From Camelus dromedarius (lineage: Eukaryota): a stretch of 64,000 nucleotides of DNA. The position numbers were made by a program, and so were the translations under genes. The first letter of the stretch is position 1; every line of letters starts with the position of its first letter. The DNA lies in assembly GCF_036321535.1 (NCBI RefSeq), contig NC_087436.1:63738001-63802000 (forward strand). Direction: 5' to 3'. The notes below the pieces were generated by a model, which made no database searches, was not told where the DNA came from, and was given only the letters and a program-made list of their open reading frames with translations. Of the stretch, positions 54,201-64,000 are shown in pieces.

Positions 54201-56439
54201 GCTAGATTACCTTTAATTTATAAAAATACATATTTAACTAAATATACTACCAATTTTACATCACTGCTACTTTTGGATTGATTCACTGCCCCCCAAGTAA
54301 ACAAGACAAAAATGTTACCATAGGCATTTATTAAAGCCCAGGTATCTTTGTAGTGTGAAGTAAATCTATGGTTTAAAATACACAACCTGCTCAACTGGTG
54401 GGCTCATGTGTTATGAGCTATGTTGACCAGCTATTCTGGGAAGAGTCCAAATGGGCTGAAGAGAAGCATGTAGTTTAATTCTATAAGACAGATTCTAAAT
54501 AAATCCTGTACTATTTCTAAAATTAAAATTGTTCTTGAATGGGAACACCCTTTATTTCCTTTGACATTCTAAAGGCTAAATTCATATTTTGCATACTATG
54601 CTCATCATATAAAATTGATGAACAGAAAAGACTAGTTCTGCTCTTAATACCAGAGGGGCAATTATCTGATAAACTATGGTCAGTTACATAGATAAGGATA
54701 AAATAAAGGTAGAGACACACCTAAGCAGTTCACAAAATAAATATTCAATACATAAAAAGCATCCACAATTTGTTTTAAGCTAAAGTCACAGAAAGTGTAT
54801 GGCGATACTAATTTTTTCTCAAAGCTTTGTGGTTAGTATTCATTTTACCTAAGTCCAACTTTCAAACCCCAAACACAAGAGTGACATTGTTTCCAGATGT
54901 AGCTTTTAGCAGATCACGTCTTTAGTAATTAAGTGCAGTCAGATCTGAAAAGACTAATAACTGAAGCAGCACAGAATACAATCTATTGCCGAACAATTCC
55001 AAACACAAGGAAGAAAGCAGAATTAAAGTGCTTCAAACATTAGATTCCATGTTCTTGGAAGCTGCTTTTATGCTTTGAAGTAACAACATTCATTTTGTTT
55101 TAATACACACACATATACACACATGCATGTGCACACTGCATATACAATAAATTAATAATAAAGTTAGTCGACTTGAAGAGATGGGGAAATTCCTGGATAT
55201 ATATCAGCATCTCCGAGGTATCCATTGTTTTAGTGTTACTTTGTTTTGTTTTGTTGTAATGTATATATGATATTATTTAGTGCAGTAAGTACACTTTTAA
55301 TGAAAACACTTTAGATGTCCACTTTATCCCTCCCTACTTAGTTCAAAGGATAGACAGTTTGACTCCAAACCTGAACACCAGCTCTTAGCTCTCAACTCGG
55401 ATGTGCTCAGAATAGTTTATGTACATGTATAAACTGAACCATAAGAAATAGGACCTCAATCCATTAAAACGTCAGAAGATCAAGTTCACAGTGAGGCAAT
55501 AGCTAAATTTTCAAGCCCACAGCCTGAATCATTGTCAAAGTTTCAGGATTATTTAGGTGAGCTGATTTACTAACATGGCAGCCAACAAGATTTGTGTTCT
55601 TGGAGTCTGATTTATATATTGAATTCATTGTGTCCCACAAACTGTAAATAATATCTACATAGAAACAAAATTTAAAAGAGGCCACTTTTAAATATAAAAA
55701 AAAAAAAAACCATACAAAAGTTTTTGAATGTATTATTCTGTTAGGGGTGGATGTTAGAGCCCTAGGCAAGATCTGCTTTAACATATTCTCAACTAGAAGG
55801 ACTACAATGGTGAAAATATATTTTTCTATTCTTTATAACTGTCATTTCTTTGATGCTTTTTTAAAACACAACTAACCACAATAGAAAAAAATTGTAATTT
55901 TTTTCATCTTATTAGGCTCTTAATCATTGCTACACATTTTTTATAACTACATATTAATATCTATGAATTCCTGGGAAATCTAGTTTATCATTAGTCAATG
56001 TAGCATTGTGACTAATAGATGTAATGATTCTACTCCAATCATGCTGATGTACATATTAAATTTTTTTCATCTTCAAAAGGACTTTTAAAAGGTTAAATTT
56101 TAATTTTTGCCTTGTGTCCTTGGGTAGGAAGATATTCCAGGAGTATCACAGACCAACCATATGCATTGCTTTAAATAATAAATTTCTGTTTGAACATTTT
56201 TATTTTTGTCTCATATATAAAACACTAAGGAGGTTAATTCTTTGTCAACAGAGTAGCCATTGCCTGTATGACTTAAACATTCTAGATGAAACGTATATGA
56301 GGGGGATAACAAAAAGTTATTTATTAGAAGGCATTTATCAAAGCTGTTAAAGAATTAAATTATTCACTTAGCAAACCTTAATAAAAAAGAAACTTAGCCA
56401 TGGTTTTTGGCAAGAAGTGGGTAGAAGAAATATGATTTA

Positions 56440-56925
56440 CTTTTATTTTTCCTAGCATACTTTTGTTTTTCATCTAATAGCATCCCTTTTCCCTATAGTC
56501 AATCAATTTTGTGTAGTTTGCCCTTACAATGAGAACACGCCCTAAGGCCCAGGGAACAGGAGTACCCCTTGGGAAGGTTATCTATTCAAAATGGACAATA
56601 ACTAGTGCAGGCCCATCAAAACCCTCCTTTGGCAAACCTACCTGAGATAGTCAAGGTAATATTTTATTTCTCATGGGATTACCAGGCTGGCAGGTGTAAG
56701 TCTTGGGAAATACGAGAATTTTATCCCATAATGGAAACCAGTAATGTCCAGCAGGTGAAAAGGAAAATGGAACACTCATGAACATTGTTTGAGCCCCTGG
56801 ATCCAGGCATACCAGACTCAAATGAATCCCTGGCTTGTCTCATCATATGAAACAATTAATGTCATGTTTTTCACTAATTAGAATTAGATTAATTTTGCTT
56901 GCAATTGAAGTAATTTTGACTTATG
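56440..56925 (+). mobile_element. Old MaLR solo LTR (MLT1J/K-like)
   Basis: 'acattgtttgagcccctggatccaggcatacc' and 3' end 'cttgcaattgaagtaattttgact'. Confidence 0.65.
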
Positions 56926-56949
56926 CTATTATTAGAATATGTGACATCT

Positions 56950-57101
56950 TGGGGGAGGGTATATAGCTCAAGTGGTAGAGCATGTGCTTAGCTTAGCATG
57001 CACGGGGTCATGGGTTCAATCCCCAGTACCTCCATTAAAAAAAATAATGAAATAAACCTAATTACTTCCCCTACCAGAAAAAAAAATTAAAAAAAAAAAA
57101 G
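56950..57101 (+). mobile_element. tRNA-derived SINE (camelid vic-1-like)
   Basis: GGGGGAGGG start, A-box tagctcaagtgg, B-box ggttcaatcc, A-rich tail, perfect 15-bp TSD gaatatgtgacatct (56935-56949 / 57102-57116). Confidence 0.93.
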
Positions 57102-57239
57102 GAATATGTGACATCTAAATAGTAGGGCTATAATTTAATTGGGCTATCCAAAAGTCCTTTTTAATTATGGCTTGCTATTTACTAAATCTATGGAGGATTC
57201 TCTGGTGTGTTTTTTGTTTAGGACACATCACAAGACAGA

Positions 57240-58800
57240 GGAATTCAGGAATTCAGTAATAATTTTGATTGTTAACTATGAGTCAAGCAAATTACATCAA
57301 CATGGTTCAGTGAGGAAGATAGACAAAAACAAGTAGACAAAAATTATTACTATGATTACTATTTTTTTTAATTTTATAAGTTTTCAAAATGAAACAAGCA
57401 GGAATATATGGGGTGTGGGTGTTTAATCAAAGGAAAAAGATCAACAAAATCTCTCTGAAGTATTAACATTAAATCAGGACACTAAGGATAAAAGAGAACT
57501 CACCATTTGAAGACAGGAGAAAAAAACATCCAGAAAGCAGGAAAAATGCATGCAAATAGCTTAAGGCAGAATAAAGAGTGGTTTGCTGCAGGGACAGAGA
57601 GAAGTGTAGCATGACTGAACATGGTCAGCAAGAGAGAGAGAAACGGCAAGGGATGACTTTACAAAGAGAATGAGGGCTCACAAATCAAGCAGGATTTTGG
57701 TAGGTAATCACCATTATGTTGGAATATTTTAATTCTTAATATAGTGCAGAACCATTGAAGTTTTTGAGCATGGAATGACATGATTGGATTTATGTTTAAT
57801 AAAATTGCTCTTGATATTGTACTGATGAATTTTAGTAAGTGCAGAGGAAAAAGAGGCAAGTTAGAAACTCACATAATCTAGGCGAGAGGTGATAGTTGTC
57901 TACAATAAGGAAACAAGTGCTCTAAAGGAAATATCTTGAAGATGAAATTGATGGGACTTGTAGATGGACTGGAATGTTGGAGGAGAGAGAAACGTGAGGA
58001 CCTACATTTGTAACTAATGTAATCACGTACTTGCTGGTACCATATATTCACATAGAGAATACTTAGTCAGAGGAGGATTCAGGAATAGGAGAGGCATATG
58101 AGAGAAACATAAGAGTTTTGGACATGTTAACTCTAAAGTGCCTATAATTATTGATTGTGCATAATGAACCAAATAAGCTCAAATGTGTTTATATTACAGT
58201 GAGGAAGATCAAAACAAAAACAAATACATACAAACAATGAACTAACTATAGGTATACATTGATTTATTGTGCTTTGTTCTTTTGCACAGCACAGATACTG
58301 CATTTTTTAACAAACTGAAGGCTGCAGCAGCCCTGCATTGAGCAAGTCTATCAGTGCCATTTTTCCATCATTTGCTCACTGATGGTTAGCATTTTTTTAG
58401 AGATAAAATACTTTTAATTAAGGCATATACTTTGTTTCTTCAGTTATTGCACACTTAATAGACTATAATATAGTGCAAACATAACTTTTATATGCACTGG
58501 GAAACCAAAATATTGTGTGACTCGCTTTATTGCAATATTCCCTTTATTGCTCTGGTCTGGAACTGAACCTGCAATATATGTGAGGTGTGCCTGTATTAAT
58601 TTTGTCAGTTTTATGAAGAAAATAAAAAGGTGTAAGAGAGTGGGTGGTGGAATGATATGGCCTGAAGGTATAAATTTGAGCATCACCAGCCTGAAGATTA
58701 CATTTGAATTTGTGGCACTGGATGAGATCACACTGGAATAATGTGATCAGAGATCAGAATAAAGGGAAAGAGAACGTGATAGAGACACTGAAGGAAAAAC
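57240..58800 (-). mobile_element. L2 fossil split by a Tigger1 derivative
   Basis: 'accattgaagtttttgagcatggaatgacatgattggatttatgttt', 'gagttttggacatgtt', 'ctggatgagatcac'. Confidence 0.75.
58249..58593. mobile_element. Shorter Tigger1 derivative
   Basis: TA flanks on both sides, TIRs taggtataca / gaggtgtgcctg. Collinear with 42477-42933 apart from an internal deletion. Confidence 0.9.
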
Positions 58801-59350
58801 TGACCTGTCAAACTCTGGCTAAAAGTGTGCAGAGACAAGTCTTTCTTCTGCCAGAATTTTGTTTTAATAATTCAGGAAATGTTAGTCAAAAAGAACTCTT
58901 TTGATAGAGTATTAGTCATGTCCCATTGTATTTCTTATGTATGCTTTAATATTTGCCCAATTAAAAGATATTTCATGTATATTGTTATTATGCTCCTTTG
59001 ACATGTCAGGTCCATATGCCGTAAGTTGTCGAAGAGTTCCCAGACAGTGTGCAAGAGGCCAAAAACTCCGACAACTCATGCTAATGTATACGCTGTCTAG
59101 ATCTTATTTATTTCTGAGCACCTGCTCTCTTTCATTAAAGACAATCAGACAATAAAACCTCAATAAGCAAAACTGAGGTTCACTAAGCCCTTTGTGAGAT
59201 ACCACTGGTTACTTAGAATATTTATATATAAGTTATTCTGTATCATAGACTTAAAATTGGTCAGAAGGTCAATGGCTTGGTTTCTAAATGTGTAATAATA
59301 ATCAGTGCATTTTTGAAAATATGAATCTTTTTACTGAGTAGTAAACAACC

Positions 59351-59396
59351 ATATATATATATAATATATATACACACATATATATATATATATATA
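59351..59396. repeat. Interrupted (TA)n microsatellite
   Basis: Read directly from the sequence. Confidence 0.9.
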
Positions 59397-59711
59397 GCCA
59401 GTATTGATTCATACTTTAAAAAATGTGTACCCTTCACTTCTAACCAAGAAAATTGAGGCACAGAAATTTTGTACATAGGTTTGCGCATGAGGTCGTATAT
59501 GTGGTGAGAAATATATTTAAAGTGATATATTAAAACACCATTTAAAATATATTTCATTCTAACTAAATCCAAGTTTAAGATATTTTACATATAAAACATA
59601 TATCTAAGAAGCTATTAGGAGATATAAATATGACTAAGGATCATAATATATATTTTTTGAAAGATAAAGCATTTTTGTTCCTTGATATTTTTCTGTTTAG
59701 AAAGCCATCAC

Positions 59712-60577
59712 CATATCAGAGAAATGCAAATCAAAACTACAATGAGGTATCATCTCACACCAGTCAGAATGGCCATCACTCAAAAGTCCACAAATGACAA
59801 ATGCTGGAGAGGCTGTGGAGAAAAGGGAACCCTCCTACACTGCTCATGGGAATGCAATTTGGTACAGCCACTGTGGAAAACACTATGGAGACTCCTCAAA
59901 AGACTAGGAATAGACTTACCATATGACCCAGGAATCTCACTCCTGGGCGTATATCCAGAGGAACCCTACTTCAAAAGGACACCTGCATCCCAATGTTCAT
60001 AGCAGCACTATTTACAATAGCCAAGACATAGAAACAGCCTGAACGTCCATTGACAGATGACTGGATAAAGAAGAGTGGTATATTTATACAATGGAGTACT
60101 ATGCAGCCATAAAAATGACAATTTGCAGCAACATGGATGTCCCTGGAGAATGTCATTGCAAGTGAAGTAAGCCAGAAAGAGAAAGAAAAATACCATATGG
60201 GATCGCTCATGTGTGGAATCTAAAAAAAAAGAAAGAAAGAAAAGAAAAAGACAAATGAACATAAATACAAAATTGAAACAGACTCATAGACATAAAATAC
60301 AAACTTGTGGTTGCCACTGGGGAGGGGAGTGGGAAGGGACAGACTGGGAGTTCAAAATTTGTAGATACTGACAGGTATATATAGAATAGATAAACAAGAT
60401 TATACTGTATAGTACAGGGAAATATATACAAGATCTTGTGGTAGCTCACAGTGAAAAAGTATGCGGCAATGAATATATGTATGTTCATGTATAACTGAAA
60501 AATTGTGCTCTACACTGGAAATTGACACAACATTGTAAACTGACTATAACTCAATAAAATAAAATAAAATAAAATAA
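59712..60577 (+). mobile_element. 5'-truncated camelid-type L1 with (TAAAA)n tail
   Basis: ORF 59682-60002 contains the ORF2p Cys-rich C-terminus '[20 protein letters not shown]...[25 protein letters not shown]'. TSD aaagccatcac (59701-59711 / 60578-60588). G-tract at 60319-60338. Confidence 0.96.
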
Positions 60578-62483
60578 AAAGCCATCACTAGAATCATCTC
60601 TAGAATAAACAAATAGTAATAAATTTGGCTTAAAATACATTAATTTGCTTCATTATAGAATTATGCCACAAAAGCTTGATAGTAACTTTTAAATTGAATC
60701 ACATGTATTATAATTAGTTGGTTGATTCTTATTATAGATAAATTCATAAAACTGAAGCTGAAATAAATTTTGTTTTCAGAAAATGAAAAGTAAGATTTTA
60801 GGCTTACACAATGTTGGGTGAGGCATTATAATGAGCTGGTTAGTCTCCATTTTTTTAAAATGCAGTAAAAGATACCCAGAATGAACTTACAAGATTTCTT
60901 ATTCACACTTCTCTTAAAATGAAACTGGCAAATGGTAATCAGTGCTTGGCTACTGTTAGGTTTACCAAAAATAAAGTTGATTAATGAATGAATAAATAAT
61001 TTTTACTCTTAAAATAGACTTTACAGAACTATTTTTCACTTAGGAAGGTATTTAATGTCATCACTAATTCACTTTTATTGCAGCCTAAATTCTCAGAAAG
61101 TCTACTGAGATATTCCAATCAAATATGTGGTAATGACTGTACTTTACACAAGCGAGTCTATGTTGTGCTTTTTAGAGAGTAAAATTTATTATTATTTAAC
61201 TCCTATTAACAGATCCTGCAAAAACTTGACCATACTTTAGGTCTGATAAAACATGACTATTGAGGATACTAAGAAATGACAGCTATTCCCAAGCATGATT
61301 CAGGTGGACTTGAGACAGCAAAGACTCTTTGACATGCATCCTGATTACAAGACAATGTCAAAATAAGTTTCTAAGGCAGATTCGATGTTACCAAGAACAC
61401 CAACACATAGCCCATAATGCTTTAAAACATTACAACAGCACACTGGATATGGTTTTTCATTTCATGCTCCTTAAACACTGGACTCATTTTCTGAGTCAAT
61501 ATTCTTTACTCCTCAGTATGCCTTTGGCAGATATTGTTTTCCTCCACACTACGTACAAGCTGAATTTCGTTGCTTGTCTTTGAGAGTCTGAATTTTTTCT
61601 TTGGTTCCCCTCAATCTTTTCTTTAATAAGAAAAAAAGATGTTGAGTCAAGTGTAAGCTTGTGTAATGATATGTCTTAATACCCTGGTTATAATTAAATT
61701 AACACCTAAGAAAATATATGGATACATTTTAATCTAGAGATCTATTAATAGAGTACATGTTTAGGCACTTATTCTATATAATATTAATGTAATGTGAGTA
61801 TATAATCTATACATTTTGCCTAATTCATCCTTCTCATCACACTGGCGAAGTTTGCTTTAAATTTCCTATGCAAAATCCATTTTCTTAATTTATTATCATC
61901 AAAGTGAGCATTAATTATGTATGCTCTGTAACTAATTCTAAATCCCACCTACGCCTGTTGTTCCATAGAAGTACCACCCCTGAGAACCTTGGCTAATAGT
62001 GTTGGGTCCACAAGAAAATACTGGATGCCACAATAAGAAAGAGAAGTTTGTGATGACTGTCACTTCAAAGCCAAGACAAGACCTAGAGACATACCCAGAG
62101 TGGGTGCTCAGTATTTCTGTTCCGAAATACTGTGATATTTACATTGTACATTTCCCCCAAAATCCTCATTTGTTATTTCATAGACTTTTTGAAATTTTTT
62201 TCTGAAACATAGAGGCAGATGATCTGTCTAGATTGTCTTGGCGTCCCCTATTAATTAGCAAAAGACACATCACCTAATCACTTGATCAATTACCAATTAT
62301 ATGGTAATTGAAAAATTAGGTAAAATAAATTTAATTGAGAACACTAACACATAGAGAAATAGTTCTGTCCCAAGTTACACTGTTAACAAAAGAATTTAAA
62401 AGGCAGCAGGTGATTCTAGAAGTGCAGGCACTGAACCTTTTTCTCCACTAGGATATATTTCCAAGATAAGTTATTTATCTGCA

Positions 62484-62506
62484 GGGAAGGGGAGGGGTGT
62501 TGGGGG
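62484..62506 (+). other. Canonical G-quadruplex motif
   Basis: GGG-AA-GGGG-A-GGGG-TGTT-GGGGG. Confidence 0.55.
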
Positions 62507-63154
62507 AGGAGGTGGAGAGCACGAACTCAGCGCCTAGCATCTTAAAAAATATGTATGTCTTGTGTCAAAATTTAAGCAATGCAAAAGACTGTTGTCAGCC
62601 TACAAAGTTCACAGCAGAACGCTTTTTGTGCTGTTGTTCTATCTCCTGCTGAAATAAGAGTCCTCACCAAGGAAATAACTTGTTTAGGGATTTGCTGTTA
62701 GTTGATCAATCAGCCCCCAGACTGGCTGATCATGGATCTGTCTAATTGCAAAGCAGTCTTTTTGACTCTTCACTAAACTGAATTGCTGCAGCTCTATTTA
62801 CATATGCACTATAGTATCCTTGCTGTCTCCTCTTGTTGCCCATTGCAGGATTGTCAAATTGATTAGAAAGTTGAGGCACTAAAGAATTACTCTTTCGATT
62901 ACTTTTTGAAGACACAGCTGTCATGGGAGCATTAGAGAATATACTATTTTATAACTTGTCTATTCTCTTCATATTGTGACTTCTCATCCACAAAAAATAA
63001 AGCTACTTACTCTTTTCCTTGGTCAAATTATACCTTCAACTATTACTGGTTGACACATAAAATTGACATTTTAAGGGTCAAAATATAGTTCAATCTAATA
63101 TATTTATCTATGTCTGATGACTCAATACTGAATCACTTCATATGTATCATACTC

Positions 63155-63380
63155 TAAGGGTTAAGAGCATAGATTCTGAAATTAGATTGCCTTTGTTCAA
63201 ATTCCAGGTCCCCTACCTATCCAGTGACTTTGAGCAAATTACTTGATAGTTGATTTTTCTCTGTATCAGTTTCTTCAGTTTTAAAGTGAGAATAATAATG
63301 GTCATTACTTCATAGAATTATTTAGATAACAAATGAGTTAACATTTGTAAAGCAATTAGAACATTGTCTAGACTAAAATT
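63155..63380 (+). mobile_element. MIR SINE
   Basis: 'ggttaagagcatagattctg...gttcaaattcc...gtgactttgagcaaattactt...cagtttcttca...tgtaaagcaattagaaca'. Confidence 0.88.
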
Positions 63381-64000
63381 ATTTGTTTTAAAAAAAAAGT
63401 GTGCGGGGAGGGGTACTAACCCTATTTGATAGACTAATTAAATATCTGACCCTAAATTAATCCGTTCATTCATTGAATCTATATTAACACTCTACATTCT
63501 GGATGCCATGGCTACTGAAAGGATTTTGCAGACGAGTAGTCAGGATATGTGTTTTTTTAAAAATTAATTTTACAAAAAATGAGACAGAAGCACAGGGAAA
63601 AAAAAGTAATCTGGCAATTCAAAAAGGCACATCTTTAATGACAAGCACTGAAATTCAGGACCTTTCTATTACTACAATCACCAGAATATCTGCCTGTCTA
63701 TATTTAGGACAATCTAAATGATTATTTAAACAATGCAGAAATTTGAGAAAAATTGAGCCTCCTGGAAAAGGCTATTTTTGTAAATCATCTCACTACCTGA
63801 GGGTAGAGTCAATGATTAGGAGATAATCTGGTGGCATCCAAACTGTGCTGCTACAGCTTTAGTTTTTTATCTATTCTGTTTTCTGAAAAGAAAGTAATGA
63901 ATTTGAGATCTGCTGGAGAAAAAAAAAAAGATAAGAGTGCTAAACCAGTAGCCATAGCAGCAGTATACGGCATTGTTTAAAAGCAGGGATTCTAAAGTTT

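Noticed and set aside
56951..57033. tRNA gene
   Set aside because: It has a TSD, an A-rich tail and an internal duplication: a SINE head.
434..63721. ORF-track entries as host genes
   Set aside because: All are short (<=140 aa), many lie in repeats or start at non-ATG codons, and the only recognisable ones are broken L1 ORF2 or antisense-L1 translations.
63797..63882. Minus-strand exon with a good acceptor
   Set aside because: Weak donor (gtagtg) and stops in all three frames.

Overview
AT-rich, CpG-poor, non-coding mammalian genomic DNA, roughly half made of recognisable interspersed repeats. A tRNA-derived SINE of the camelid (vic-1-like) type, camelid-style L1 3' ends, an artiodactyl-type Tigger1 derivative and the absence of Alu, BovB/Bov-A or PRE-1 point to a camelid (inference). 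I found no credible host protein-coding gene; the only recognisable translations are L1 ORF2p C-terminal remnants. The window holds at least 6 clear L1 copies, about 7 L2 fossils, MIRs, about 10 solo LTRs (ERV1, ERVL, MaLR) and DNA-transposon fossils, many nested, several with readable target-site duplications (TSDs). The most notable observations are: (1) a ~210 bp local templated duplication inserted in an L1 ORF2; (2) two old L1s whose apparent extreme 5' ends are fused directly to mid-ORF2, one at a possible splice junction; (3) two ERV1 solo LTRs within one L2; (4) two candidate exons with strong splice sites; (5) enhancer-like unique stretches; (6) opposite strand biases of L1 and L2, suggesting an intron of a minus-strand gene. 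I see no convincing new biological system. Repeat family names come from remembered consensus sequences, and boundaries of old repeats are approximate.
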